Source: an uncultured Caldilineaceae bacterium (GTDB lineage: Bacteria > Chloroflexota > Anaerolineae > Caldilineales > Caldilineaceae). Taken from it: DNA of 57,915 nucleotides. Position 1 is the first letter of the stretch; each line of letters begins with the position of its first letter. Of the stretch, positions 28,092 through 38,121 are shown in pieces. Location of the stretch: NCBI GenBank assembly GCA_964568485.1, contig CAZMRA010000001.1, positions 4,701-62,615 on the forward strand, given 5' to 3'. The position numbers were made by a program, and so were the translations under genes. The notes beneath the pieces were generated by a model, which saw nothing but the letters and a program-made list of their open reading frames with translations, ran no database searches and was not told where the DNA came from.

Positions 28092-29240
28092 ATGAATCGT
28101 CGTGAGTTTATCCAGAATTTGGCGATCCGTACCAGCGCAGCCACTGCCTTGGGGATCGCCGTAGGTTGTACTGCGCAAGAAGTTGCGCCCCTCCCATCGC
28201 CACAAGCGATTGCGCAAGCGGATGATACCGGTAGCTTGCCTACCATCAACTGGGAGATGGCAACCAGCTGGCCAGTGTCGCTGGATATCATCTTTGGCAG
28301 TGCCCAATATTTTGCCGATCGGGTGGCTGAACTGACCGGCGGGCGCTTTACCATCACCGCACGTGCGGCGGGCGAGATAGCTCCTGGTCTCGAAGTGCTG
28401 AATGTAGTCGAACAGAATGCCGTGCAGATCGGCCACACGGCTGCCTATTATTACATCGGACGTAGCCCCGTCTTGGCCTTTGGGACAGCGGTGCCATTTG
28501 GCTTGACCGCCCAAGAACAAAATACCTGGCTCTATAATGGCGGTCTGGAACTGCTGCAGGAGATCTATGCCGAGAAATTCGGGGTGATCCAATTCCCTGC
28601 AGGGAATACGGGCGCACAGATGGGTGGCTGGTTCCGCAATGAGATCAACACCGTGGCCGACCTGCAAGGGTTGATTATGCGCATTCCCGGTCTGGGTGGA
28701 CAGGTGATGTCTCGCTTGGGCGTGACGGTGCAATCGCTGGCCGCCGGGGAGATCTTCCAAGCATTGCAAACCGGTACGCTCGATGCGGCGGAATGGGTAG
28801 GACCGTATGATGATGAAAAGTTGGGCTTAAATCAGGTTGCTAGCCATTACTATTATCCAGGTTGGTGGGAGCCGAGCGCTTCGCTCGAGGTGCAGATCAA
28901 TTTGGGTGAATGGGAGAAGTTGCCCTCCTTCTACCAAGAGGTGATCAAATCGGCAGCAGCGGAAGCGAATCTCATCATGTTGGGTCGCTACGAACAGGGC
29001 AATGCGGAAGCATTGACCCGTTTGGTCGAATCGGGCACTATCCTTTCGGCCTATAGCGACGAGATCTTGAATGCGGCTTACGAGGCGTCGTTCGCCATTT
29101 ACGACGAGTTAGCCGCCAGCGATGCCGACTTCAAGCGCGTATATGATCATTGGCTGAACTTCCGTTCGGCGCTCCAGCAGTGGCACGACATCAACGAAGG
29201 TGGCTTCACCCGCTTCCTGCACGGGAAGATGGGCAGCTAA
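28092..29240 (+). CDS. TRAP transporter substrate-binding protein (DctP family, Tat signal)
   Basis: [11 protein letters not shown] twin-arginine-like signal. DctP-type body. GGAGGA SD. Confidence 0.9.
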   Translation: MNRREFIQNLAIRTSAATALGIAVGCTAQEVAPLPSPQAIAQADDTGSLPTINWEMATSWPVSLDIIFGSAQYFADRVAELTGGRFTITARAAGEIAPGLEVLNVVEQNAVQIGHTAAYYYIGRSPVLAFGTAVPFGLTAQEQNTWLYNGGLELLQEIYAEKFGVIQFPAGNTGAQMGGWFRNEINTVADLQGLIMRIPGLGGQVMSRLGVTVQSLAAGEIFQALQTGTLDAAEWVGPYDDEKLGLNQVASHYYYPGWWEPSASLEVQINLGEWEKLPSFYQEVIKSAAAEANLIMLGRYEQGNAEALTRLVESGTILSAYSDEILNAAYEASFAIYDELAASDADFKRVYDHWLNFRSALQQWHDINEGGFTRFLHGKMGS

Positions 29241-29247
29241 TTGCCTA

Positions 29248-29281
29248 GCGAGTGGCAGATGTGTCCCCGTTTGCCACTCGC
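29248..29281. terminator. 10-bp hairpin between the convergent TRAP genes
   Basis: GCGAGTGGCA-14 nt-TGCCACTCGC. No U-run. Confidence 0.45.
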
Positions 29282-29316
29282 CATCCCTCCTCACGCCCCG
29301 CCTAAACCTCGAATGA

Positions 29317-30654
29317 TTACCGTATCTTTGACATCTGCACCAGCCACGTGACTGACTCGGGGAAGATCATCACGATGATCAAGACGGCGATGGTCACAAA
29401 CATAAAGGGTATGGCCCCACGGAAGATATCTTGTAACGTGACCTCTGGCGGTGCCACGCTGCTGAGAAAAAAGAGGGTAAAGCCCACCGGCGGTGAGAGA
29501 TAAGCCGTGAGCAAGTTGATGCACATCAGAATGCCGAACCAGGTTAGATCAATCCCTAACAGCAAGCAAACCGGCACAAAGATTGGCATGACAATAAAAC
29601 AGATTTCGATAAATTCGAGAAAAATCCCCAGCAAAAAGACGATAACCATGCTGAAGATGAGGAAACTCCAATAACCGCCGGGGATACTCGCCAGCAGATC
29701 GACCAGCAGGCGGGTACCGCCCAACCCATCAAAGACAAGCGAGAAGATGGTCGAGCCAAAGAGAATTAATACGACCAGGCTGACAATGCGTAGCGTGTCG
29801 ACCGCTGCATCTCTGAGCAGTGCCCAGTTGAGTTTGCCATAGGCCAGGGCCAACAGAATGCCACCAAACGCCCCGACAGCGCCAGCCTCGCTGGGTGTGG
29901 CCAACCCGGCATAAATGCTGCCCAAGGTAGCGACGATCAATAAGAGGGTGGGTAACAGTGCCTTGACCACCCGCAGCCACAACCGTCCCCCGTAATCAGC
30001 AAGTAGATCTGACGAAATCGGTGGGGCCAGGTGCGGCTTGAGATAGCCAACGCCGACACAATAGAGGCCATACGCTGCGGTCAGGATCAGGCTGGGAATG
30101 ATCGAGCCGATGAAGAGATCACCCAACGGTACCCCGAGTTGGTCGGCTAGCACAACCAAAACGGTAGCTGGTGGAATCAACTGGGTGATTGTGCCGGCGG
30201 AGGCGATGGCACCCGTTGCCAGGGCTTTGTCATACCCCGCACGTAACATGACGGGCAATGAGATCAAACCCATGGCAATCACACTAGCTGCGACTACACC
30301 AGTGGCTGCCCCCAAAAGTGTGCCGACAATGACCACGCCGAGCGCCAAGCCACCCGGAATGCGCCCAAAGAGAATGCCGACCGTCTCAAGCAGATCCTCG
30401 GCCAGGCCAGATTTTTCCAACAGCGCCCCCATGTAGACAAAATAGGGGATTGATAGATAGGTGTAATCGTTCATGGTGCCAAACCAACGGCTTGGCAAGG
30501 TTAACAGCAATTCGAGCCGGAAAATCCCCAGTGCAAAGCCAAGGACGGCAAAACCGATCGCTGTGCCAGCGAAGGTAGGACCAATCGGATAGCCCATCGC
30601 CAAGGTGGCGAAGATGCCGGCAAACATCAAAATTGAAAGCCAGTGAAGATCCAC
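29317..30654 (-). CDS. TRAP transporter large permease (DctM family)
   Basis: 445-aa polytopic protein. GTG start after GGGGAGG. Confidence 0.9.
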   Translation of the reverse strand: MDLHWLSILMFAGIFATLAMGYPIGPTFAGTAIGFAVLGFALGIFRLELLLTLPSRWFGTMNDYTYLSIPYFVYMGALLEKSGLAEDLLETVGILFGRIPGGLALGVVIVGTLLGAATGVVAASVIAMGLISLPVMLRAGYDKALATGAIASAGTITQLIPPATVLVVLADQLGVPLGDLFIGSIIPSLILTAAYGLYCVGVGYLKPHLAPPISSDLLADYGGRLWLRVVKALLPTLLLIVATLGSIYAGLATPSEAGAVGAFGGILLALAYGKLNWALLRDAAVDTLRIVSLVVLILFGSTIFSLVFDGLGGTRLLVDLLASIPGGYWSFLIFSMVIVFLLGIFLEFIEICFIVMPIFVPVCLLLGIDLTWFGILMCINLLTAYLSPPVGFTLFFLSSVAPPEVTLQDIFRGAIPFMFVTIAVLIIVMIFPESVTWLVQMSKIR

Positions 30655-30764
30655 ACAAACCTCCCCGCACGAGTGTGAGTAGTAGGTCTATCAAGAACGC
30701 ATCCAGAGTTCTGCGCTTGGCGTTGCCGGAGATGTTGGCTGCGCAATCCCTTTGGATTCGGTGC

Positions 30765-31361
30765 TTAATCGATCGTCTGCTGTTCGTAATGTTCTAAATG
30801 GGCGAGGTGATCGTCCTCGGCCACGCCGAGAATCACTGCAAGATGTTTGATCAATTCAGAGATGCCCTGAATGATCAGCAGCGCAAAGGCCACAATAATC
30901 ATCGATTTGATCGGTGCGCGTGGCAGCCCGCCGGGATCGGGTGACACTTCCCACGGACCCCAAGTGCCGTTAGGACGTAAACCCCAGGAAGCCAGCACAG
31001 GTGTATAGGTCACATAAATGGCCAGAAAACAGAAGGGCAAGAGGAATAACAAGGCGCCGATCAGATTGATCCACGCGCGTTGACGCACACTGAATTTCGT
31101 GTAGAGAAAATCTACGCGGACGTGGTTATTGCGTTTGAGGACGAAACTGAACCCCAGCAAGAAGATGATGGAATAGAGATACCATTGGCCTTCGATCAGG
31201 GCATTGAAGGAGAGATTTTGGCCAATCAAGCGCGACAAATAACGGGTCGCGACATTGTATACCCCGATGGCCAGCAGGAGTGTCACCAAGACGACACCCA
31301 ACTTACCCACAAATTCCGAGAATGCGTCAATCGCAGCGGAGAGCTTGAGTAGCAGGCGCAA
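30765..31361 (-). CDS. TRAP transporter small permease (DctQ family)
   Basis: About 4 TM segments. TTG start lies 6 nt after AAGGAG. The nearby ATG at 31366 is out of frame. Confidence 0.85.
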   Translation of the reverse strand: MRLLLKLSAAIDAFSEFVGKLGVVLVTLLLAIGVYNVATRYLSRLIGQNLSFNALIEGQWYLYSIIFLLGFSFVLKRNNHVRVDFLYTKFSVRQRAWINLIGALLFLLPFCFLAIYVTYTPVLASWGLRPNGTWGPWEVSPDPGGLPRAPIKSMIIVAFALLIIQGISELIKHLAVILGVAEDDHLAHLEHYEQQTID

Positions 31362-31804
31362 ATCATTTCTCCTTTACGAAGTTAAGGAGTGTTCAAATCG
31401 ATTGTCTAAAAAGGGTAGTAACAGCCAGTCTGCTTTATGGATACTCGTTCTGCCCACGACCTGTACGCGATTGTCTCGCAGTTATCTCAAAATTAATTGT
31501 GGCTCGTGTATGCCAGCGCATACACTGGGGCAAACAGAGAGTTTGAGATAGTTTAGCGTTTGGGAGAGGCCGATCAATGGGTTGGTCAGTCTCAGGGTGG
31601 GTAAACGGAATTACAGCGTTGAAGTATCGCCAGATTCGTAAGAGTTGTCAATTTGGCCTGCTTTTGATCAAGAAAGTGGCCTACCTCTTACTGCACATCG
31701 CTCATGGGTTTGCTGCAATCCAACCCGCTGCTTATAATCAACGCAACAGCTCGAACTCGGTACGTAAACCCTAACCTGCGTGCCCAGCACGTCCAACTAA
31801 TTCT

Positions 31805-32791
31805 GTGCGAAAAAATACATCGACCCAGCTTCAAACCTTGCGCTCCCTTGCCGATCAACCGGCTGCGCAAAAAGAATATGCAGTTACCTTGCTCTCTGAA
31901 CGCTTGGGCAACGAAGTGATCCTGAGCGCACTGCAAGCCCTCGGTCAGTCACCGCCGGCAACCGCACGGCCAGGGTTGATCGCACTCTATCAGGTCTACG
32001 AGCAAAAAGGGACACGGCGGGACCCCGCCGCGAATCTGCGTGCGCAGATCCTGCGCGTCTTACGCCCTCTGGTTCAACCAGAAGATGTGCCGCTACTGCT
32101 ACAAGCCACCGAGACCTATGTCTTTCCGCCCCCGGCACGACTTGAGGAAGGGGCTGCGCTGCGTTCGGCTGCGCTCAATGCGCTGGCCGAGGTAGACGAG
32201 ACGTTAAGCCGCTACCATGCAGTGCGTCTGCTGGCCGATAAATATACCGACCCAATGTCGGGCGAGCCGGCCCTAACTGCGGCGCGTCTGTTGGCTGCGT
32301 ACGAAGAAAGCACGGTGCTCTATTTTTATGTAATGCAAGAGCTGGCCCAGCCTGTGCCCGAAGTGCTCTCCGAGGCTCTGCGCGGGTTGATCCGTCTCCC
32401 TGAAGCTTGCTTACCTCGGGTGATCGAGCGCTATGAGAGCTCTCCACATGCGGTTGTGCTGGTGGGCCTGTTCGATCTACTTTTACAGCACCGCAGTGGT
32501 CCATACGGTTGGGATTTCATCCGTACATTTTTGCGCTCTACGCAGCAAGTGGATGCTTATCAATACCTCGTAACCATTTTGCTCACTCAAGGGCGCGAGC
32601 AAGGGCTGACTGTACTACTCGAGGCCATCGCCACCGAGTTCGATCCTGCTCGTCTTACCATCCTCGAACTGGTTTTGCCATTGTTCGCAACGTTGCCAGC
32701 GATTCAAGCTGCCTTGCAACAAGTTCAAGAACGGCTTGCTCGTTTACCCGACCGGCGTACAAATTTATCATCCCGCTCTAGAAACCGCTGA
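31805..32791 (+). CDS. HEAT/ARM-like repeat protein of unknown function
   Basis: Reiterated helical Leu/Ala-rich repeats (for example LRAQILRVLRPL..., LRSAALNALAEV..., AVRLLADKY...). The GTG start is uncertain. The stop lies 6 nt before menA. Confidence 0.62.
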   Translation: MRKNTSTQLQTLRSLADQPAAQKEYAVTLLSERLGNEVILSALQALGQSPPATARPGLIALYQVYEQKGTRRDPAANLRAQILRVLRPLVQPEDVPLLLQATETYVFPPPARLEEGAALRSAALNALAEVDETLSRYHAVRLLADKYTDPMSGEPALTAARLLAAYEESTVLYFYVMQELAQPVPEVLSEALRGLIRLPEACLPRVIERYESSPHAVVLVGLFDLLLQHRSGPYGWDFIRTFLRSTQQVDAYQYLVTILLTQGREQGLTVLLEAIATEFDPARLTILELVLPLFATLPAIQAALQQVQERLARLPDRRTNLSSRSRNR

Positions 32792-32797
32792 TTCTTC

Positions 32798-33688
32798 ATG
32801 ACAACATATACTCGCCCACAAGTGTGGTTGCTGGCCGCTCGCCCCAAAACCCTGCCCGCTGCGCTCGGTCCTGTTGTGGTTGGGACTGCGTTGGCCGCGG
32901 CTGCGCAACAGTTTCGCGCTGGCCCGGCTATCGCTGCACTGCTCGTCGCCCTCCTCTTGCAGATCGGCAGCAACTTTGCCAATGACTATTTTGACTTCTT
33001 CCGGGGGGCCGACCAACAGGATCGGCTTGGCCCCACGCGCGTGACGGCCAGCGGCTTGATCACGCCTAAGGAGATGCAATGGGGCATGGTGGTGGTCTTT
33101 GGGGCTGCCACACTGGTTGGCCTCTATCTACTGGTGATCGGTGGCTGGCCCGTTGCGCTGATTGGGCTAAGTGCTATCTTAGCCGCACTGGCCTACACTG
33201 GTGGTCCATTGCCCTTTGGTTATTATGGCTTGGGTGATCTGTTCGTATTTATCTTTTTTGGTTTGGTGGCTGTGGGTGGCACCTATTATGTGCAAACTTT
33301 ATCGCTCACGCCGCTGGTATTGTGGACAGCCGTTGCGCCGGGTTTGCTGATCACCGCGATCTTGGTGGTGAACAACCTGCGCGACTTGGAGACTGATCGC
33401 CGCGCCAATAAACGAACGCTGGCCGTCTTCATCGGTGCCCAGGCCACACGGTATCAATATCTGCTCTTGATGATTGTCGCCTATTTGGTGCCGTTGGGCT
33501 TGTGGGTGGGCGCGGGGAAATCGGTTTGGGTCCTGCTGCCGTTGCTTACCTTGCCGCTCGCCGTTCGTTTGATCCGTACCTTGTGGCGCGCCAATACAGG
33601 GCCGGTCTTCAACGCAACATTGGCGGGAACAGCCCAGCTGAGCTTTTTATTTAGTCTCTTGTTGGCAGTAGGTTTGTGGATCTCGTAG
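32798..33688 (+). CDS. menA: 1,4-dihydroxy-2-naphthoate polyprenyltransferase
   Basis: UbiA-fold protein with NFANDYFDFFRGADQQDRLGP and a second NNLRDLETD motif. 8-9 TM segments. Confidence 0.9.
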   Translation: MTTYTRPQVWLLAARPKTLPAALGPVVVGTALAAAAQQFRAGPAIAALLVALLLQIGSNFANDYFDFFRGADQQDRLGPTRVTASGLITPKEMQWGMVVVFGAATLVGLYLLVIGGWPVALIGLSAILAALAYTGGPLPFGYYGLGDLFVFIFFGLVAVGGTYYVQTLSLTPLVLWTAVAPGLLITAILVVNNLRDLETDRRANKRTLAVFIGAQATRYQYLLLMIVAYLVPLGLWVGAGKSVWVLLPLLTLPLAVRLIRTLWRANTGPVFNATLAGTAQLSFLFSLLLAVGLWIS

Positions 33689-33716
33689 AGTCGCAAACCG
33701 TTGCGACTCTACGAGA
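33681..33716. terminator. 16-bp perfect hairpin overlapping the menA stop (bidirectional terminator candidate)
   Basis: TCTCGTAGAGTCGCAA-accg-TTGCGACTCTACGAGA. No U-run. Confidence 0.55.
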
Positions 33717-33728
33717 GATGTGTAGAAA

Positions 33729-35411
33729 TTATTGCGTGAGTGCAGTGATCAGATCGTTGGCACTATCAAGGCGAGCATTGCCTCGGGCCAGTTCAATAAA
33801 CGCCTCATCGAAGAGCGTTGTATCCTGCTCTTCCATTCCCTGGCTTAACAAGGTGGCGGCTGCCTCGTAGCTGGTGGCTGCTTGGGCGAGCCTATCTTGC
33901 ACCGGTTGCAACAAGGTGGTTGGTGCCAAGCCTTGTACCCGTGTATTGGTCGCTCGTAACAACGCAATCGCCGTCGTCATCGATTGAACCCACTGGGCAT
34001 CTTGCAGCAGTGGCTGATTTTGGCTGGCCTGGACCAACAGGTCGTCGATCTCAGTCAACGAGTTATCGTAGCGCTCCAGCAACTCATCGACATCAACTAA
34101 ATAGAGGCGATCGGCTACCCCGAGCGGCGCTGGGGCTGCCGGAGTTGGTGCGGCCGAATCCGTTGTCGTCACCGTTTCCGTCGTTGTGATCGGGGTTGTC
34201 GGTGTGATAGGCTCAGTCACAGGTGGCGGCTGATTTGGATCAAAGAGTGGTACGTCGGTGATAGCGGGCGGATTGGCGATCAAGAAGCTCGCGATCCAGC
34301 CTCCATTGTCGAGCAAGAACCAATCGCCAGCTTCGTTGCGGGCTACAATAGTAAGCTCTTGGCCGGTGATTGTACCGCCGATGATCGGGAACTCCAGCCC
34401 AGGCCCGCTGCGCAAATTGGCATCCACGGTAACAGTTGGCGGCAGCCCAGGCGGGGCGACCTCTGCGGGGGGCTCAGCAGGCTCTGCCGGTGGTGGGGTT
34501 GGCGTCGCTGTTGGCAAAAGGATCGGCGCTGCAGGGGTGGCCGGAACAGTCTGCGCTCGGGCTGTTGCGGTCGCCTGAACAGCAACAATCAGCGGGTCCC
34601 CGGCCACAGGAGGATTGGCCGGCGGATTGTCCAGCAGCGCTACTGCGATCCATGCGCCAGTGTCGAGCAAGTACCAAGTACCATCAGCACTGACTCCAGT
34701 AACCACTGCGGGTTGGCCCGGCCCAAGCTGACCAACTTGCTCAAAGGCAACGCCGGGGCCAGCGCGTAAATTGGCGGTCACATTGGTCGTGCTAGCGATG
34801 GACCCAATTGCTGGCCCCGTTGCACTGGTTGGGGTGACCGGTGCCGTGATGGTGAGGTCACTGGTCGGCACGATCGAACTGGTTTGGGTCAGTATCGATG
34901 TTTCAGTGGCCGCTTCACTCGTGGTAATGCCCGTAGTACTGGTAATCTCTTGGGGCGAAGTAATGCCCAACGTTGCCGTGATCGTGTCGCTGAGTGGCAC
35001 TTGCAACGGCGTAATGACCAAAGTGGCTGAAGGGATCGTCCCGAGGCTCAGTGAAACTGGCACGGTGACCGTAATCCCATCTGCCAAGCTCAGCGTGACC
35101 GACGCGGTGACCGTCGAAGTTAAGGTCTGAGTGGCCACAAAATTTAGATTCAAGACCAACGTGAGGGGCACGGTCTGGGTAAGCGTTGTGGTCGTTACGG
35201 CGTCTGTTGCCCCAAGCGTCAGTGTCACTGGCACGGTCTGACTTATCTGTACAGCAAGCGGCTGTAGCAATGGCTCAGCGAGCGGTGATGGGGGACGTAG
35301 ATCGCGAATCAATTGCGCAGGTGGGGCAGCAGACACTGGCATTTGTAAAAGAAAAATAGCGAGCGTAAGATGCGCGATGAATATGGCATAGATAAAAAGT
35401 TTTCGGTTCAT
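33729..35411 (-). CDS. Secreted or anchored protein with a Thr-rich beta-repeat region and two bacterial SH3 domains
   Basis: Signal/anchor FIYAIFIAHLTLAIFLL. Two SH3b-like units: ANLRAGPGVAFEQVGQL...DGTWYLLDTGAWI and ANLRSGPGLEFPIIG...AGDWFLLDNGGWI. Confidence 0.8.
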   Translation of the reverse strand: MNRKLFIYAIFIAHLTLAIFLLQMPVSAAPPAQLIRDLRPPSPLAEPLLQPLAVQISQTVPVTLTLGATDAVTTTTLTQTVPLTLVLNLNFVATQTLTSTVTASVTLSLADGITVTVPVSLSLGTIPSATLVITPLQVPLSDTITATLGITSPQEITSTTGITTSEAATETSILTQTSSIVPTSDLTITAPVTPTSATGPAIGSIASTTNVTANLRAGPGVAFEQVGQLGPGQPAVVTGVSADGTWYLLDTGAWIAVALLDNPPANPPVAGDPLIVAVQATATARAQTVPATPAAPILLPTATPTPPPAEPAEPPAEVAPPGLPPTVTVDANLRSGPGLEFPIIGGTITGQELTIVARNEAGDWFLLDNGGWIASFLIANPPAITDVPLFDPNQPPPVTEPITPTTPITTTETVTTTDSAAPTPAAPAPLGVADRLYLVDVDELLERYDNSLTEIDDLLVQASQNQPLLQDAQWVQSMTTAIALLRATNTRVQGLAPTTLLQPVQDRLAQAATSYEAAATLLSQGMEEQDTTLFDEAFIELARGNARLDSANDLITALTQ

Positions 35412-35575
35412 ACCTTGCCCCTTTGGCGCTGGGTAGAGGGATAAAAAATCATCCGTAAATCCTGGATGTGGCTCCCGAAACGTAAGGTAACCAAACCTAT
35501 TGGCGCAGAATTTATGGATAGATGGTCAATCGAAGTGAGCGACATGCGCTATCATACAGTGTAGCTGAATTATAG

Positions 35576-35634
35576 AAAAAAGACAATGCCCGGCTTTTGA
35601 TTGAGGGCAATCACGAAGTTAAAAATGCCGGGCA
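35576..35634 (-). terminator. Possible terminator downstream of the GNAT gene
   Basis: TGCCCGGC/GCCGGGCA stem with a nested TGATTG/CAATCA stem, followed by a U-run on the minus strand. The loop is large, so the call is weak. Confidence 0.35.
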
Positions 35635-35647
35635 AGTAGCAGCCACG

Positions 35648-36109
35648 TTATTCGCTGTGTTTGGTTGCGCCGTTGAGAGAATAATTCCCAAACTGCAAGA
35701 GGGTCTCCGGATGGCTTGGTGGGCCAAAGCCAAAATGCTCATAAAGCTTATGGGCGTCTAAGGTACGCAAAAGCCAGACTGGAACCACCTTCAGCTCGGG
35801 ATGACTCAAGGCGGTCTGAACGAGCCACTTGCCTAGCCCACGCCCACGATGCTTTTGCAACACAAAAAGATCGGCCATATAGAGGAACGTGGTATAATCC
35901 GTGATGACGCGCACGAATCCCACTTGCTTGCCACTTTGCTCATAAAGACCAAAGCAGAGCGAATGGTTAAGACTGCGCTGGACTGCGGCAAGCGAGCGCC
36001 CTTTGGCCCAATAGGATTCTTCTGTCAAAAATCGGTGAATTTCGAAGATGTCTAGCCGCTGCCGATCAGTGCTGATCGTGTAGTTGCCTTGCTGCCATTC
36101 GTAAATCAT
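35648..36109 (-). CDS. GNAT family N-acetyltransferase
   Basis: Acetyl-CoA motif QKHRGRGLGKWLV. Confidence 0.85.
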   Translation of the reverse strand: MIYEWQQGNYTISTDRQRLDIFEIHRFLTEESYWAKGRSLAAVQRSLNHSLCFGLYEQSGKQVGFVRVITDYTTFLYMADLFVLQKHRGRGLGKWLVQTALSHPELKVVPVWLLRTLDAHKLYEHFGFGPPSHPETLLQFGNYSLNGATKHSE

Positions 36110-36312
36110 ACGTTTTTTCTGTTTCCATTGTTAAGTAGTTAATAAATAATAAGCCAGGCTGGTTTGCATCAAGCCACTGTGGGGTAGCAACTGTCGTTGA
36201 TGGCCTGGAATCTTTACTTTGTAAGGATTACAATCGTAAATTTAGCTGTTAATTAGCACAAACTGTCTAGCGTTCTGTAGTAATAGACGGAATCATTCAT
36301 TGGATGTAACGC

Positions 36313-37992
36313 ATGAGCACAAAAGTTATTTACTCAATGTCTGGTGTCGGCAAAACCTATCCGCCGAACCGACAAGTTTTACGTGATATCAGCCTTTCCT
36401 ATTTTTATGGTGCCAAAATTGGCGTTCTTGGGTTGAATGGCTCAGGCAAGAGCACGCTGTTGCGTATCATGGCGGGGGTTGAGAAAGACTACAATGGCGA
36501 GACCATGCTCACCCCCGGTTATACAATTGGCTACTTGGAACAAGAGCCACTCTTGGACAACACCAAAACCGTGCGCAGCGTAGTTGAGGAAGGGGTACAA
36601 GAAGTCGTCGACGCTCTGCGCGAATTTGACGAGATCAATCTTAAATTTGGCGAAGAGCTCACCCCCGAAGAGATGGATAAGCTGATCGAGCGCCAAGGTG
36701 AAGTGCAAGAGAAGCTCGACGCCCTGAATGCTTGGGATCTGGATAGTCGTCTCGAATTGGCCATGGATGCGTTGCGCTGTCCACCGGGTGATACTCCGAT
36801 CGCTGTCTTGTCGGGTGGTGAGCGCCGTCGTGTCGCGCTCTGCCGCCTCTTGCTCAAAGCCCCAGATATTTTGTTGCTGGATGAGCCTACCAACCACTTG
36901 GATGCTGAGTCGGTCGCCTGGTTGGAAAACCACTTGCAAGAATATCCTGGCACAGTGATCGCCGTCACCCATGATCGCTACTTTTTGGACAATGTCGCCG
37001 GGTGGATCTTGGAGCTGGATCGTGGTCATGGGATTCCCTGGCGGGGGAATTATTCCTCCTGGTTGGAACAAAAGCAGGCCCGCTTGGCACTTGAAGAAAA
37101 GAGTGAAGCAGCTCGCCAGAAGACTCTGCAGCGCGAATTGGAATGGTTGCGCATGGCCCCCAAGGCTCGCCAAGCCAAAAACAAAGCGCGTATCACCCGC
37201 TATAACGAGTTGGTGGCCCAAGAACGCGAACGAGCGAACGAAGACCGCGAAATTTTTATCGCGCCCGGGCCCCGCCTTGGGGATGTGGTGATCCAAGCTG
37301 AAGGACTCAGCAAGACGTATGGCGATAACGTACTCTACGAAAATCTGAGTTTTGTCGTTCCCCCTGGCGCCATTGTTGGGATCATCGGGCCAAACGGGGC
37401 GGGGAAAAGTACCCTCTTCCGCATGATCGTCGGCCAGGAGCAGCCTGATCAGGGGGCAATCACGCTGGGTAGCACTGTAAAACTCGCTTATGTCGATCAA
37501 AGTCGCGAATCGCTGGATGGTAACAAGACGGTCTGGGAAGAGATTTCCGATGGGAATGAACAGTTGCAGATCGGCGAACGCTTGATCAACTCACGAGCGT
37601 ATGTGGCACGTTTTAATTTTTCTGGGACCGATCAACAGAAGAAGATCGGCGCGCTCTCTGGTGGAGAACGCAATCGTGTACACCTGGCGAAAATGCTAAA
37701 GTCGGGCGCAAATGTGATTCTGCTGGACGAGCCGAGCAACGATCTGGATGTAAACACCCTGCGTGCCCTCGAAGATGCGCTCGAATCGTTTGCTGGTTCG
37801 GCTTTGATCATCTCACACGATCGCTGGTTTTTGGATCGTATTGCGACACACATTCTCGCCTTCGAAGGTGACAGCCAGGTCTATTGGTTCCCCGGCAACT
37901 ATACCGAATACGAAGAAGATCGGCGCCGGCGTCTCGGACCCGCCGCGGATCGCCCCCATCGGATCACCTATCGCAAATTGCGCCGTGCCTGA
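36313..37992 (+). CDS. ettA: Energy-dependent translational throttle protein EttA (ABC-F)
   Basis: Near-collinear with E. coli EttA as I recall it: [107 protein letters not shown]. Confidence 0.95.
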   Translation: MSTKVIYSMSGVGKTYPPNRQVLRDISLSYFYGAKIGVLGLNGSGKSTLLRIMAGVEKDYNGETMLTPGYTIGYLEQEPLLDNTKTVRSVVEEGVQEVVDALREFDEINLKFGEELTPEEMDKLIERQGEVQEKLDALNAWDLDSRLELAMDALRCPPGDTPIAVLSGGERRRVALCRLLLKAPDILLLDEPTNHLDAESVAWLENHLQEYPGTVIAVTHDRYFLDNVAGWILELDRGHGIPWRGNYSSWLEQKQARLALEEKSEAARQKTLQRELEWLRMAPKARQAKNKARITRYNELVAQERERANEDREIFIAPGPRLGDVVIQAEGLSKTYGDNVLYENLSFVVPPGAIVGIIGPNGAGKSTLFRMIVGQEQPDQGAITLGSTVKLAYVDQSRESLDGNKTVWEEISDGNEQLQIGERLINSRAYVARFNFSGTDQQKKIGALSGGERNRVHLAKMLKSGANVILLDEPSNDLDVNTLRALEDALESFAGSALIISHDRWFLDRIATHILAFEGDSQVYWFPGNYTEYEEDRRRRLGPAADRPHRITYRKLRRA

Positions 37993-38034
37993 GCGGTTAG
38001 GTAGGTTACCGTGTAACGATTGATGATAGGCAAT

Positions 38035-38076
38035 AAAAATGGCGACAACTAATAACCGTTGTCGCCATTTTTGTTG
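38035..38076. terminator. Bidirectional intrinsic terminator
   Basis: AAAAATGGCGACAAC-8 nt-GTTGTCGCCATTTTT forms a 15-bp stem flanked by A/T runs. Confidence 0.85.
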
Positions 38077-38121
38077 ATTGAGCACCCCTCAGCGCGATCA
38101 GGTTGGCTTAGGTTAGGCGAA

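Noticed and set aside
28050-28769. 239-aa minus-strand ORF overlapping dctP
   Set aside because: It is antisense to a gene with a clear Tat signal, an SD and family motifs. It has no recognisable domain.
31385-31400. tRNA-like GTTCAAATC T-loop string
   Set aside because: The flanking sequence cannot form the T-stem or an acceptor stem. No tRNA gene is supported anywhere in the window.
36442-37500. 352-aa minus-strand ORF
   Set aside because: It is entirely antisense to the very well supported ettA gene. It is Arg/Gly/Pro-rich with no motifs, which is a typical shadow ORF of moderately GC-rich DNA.
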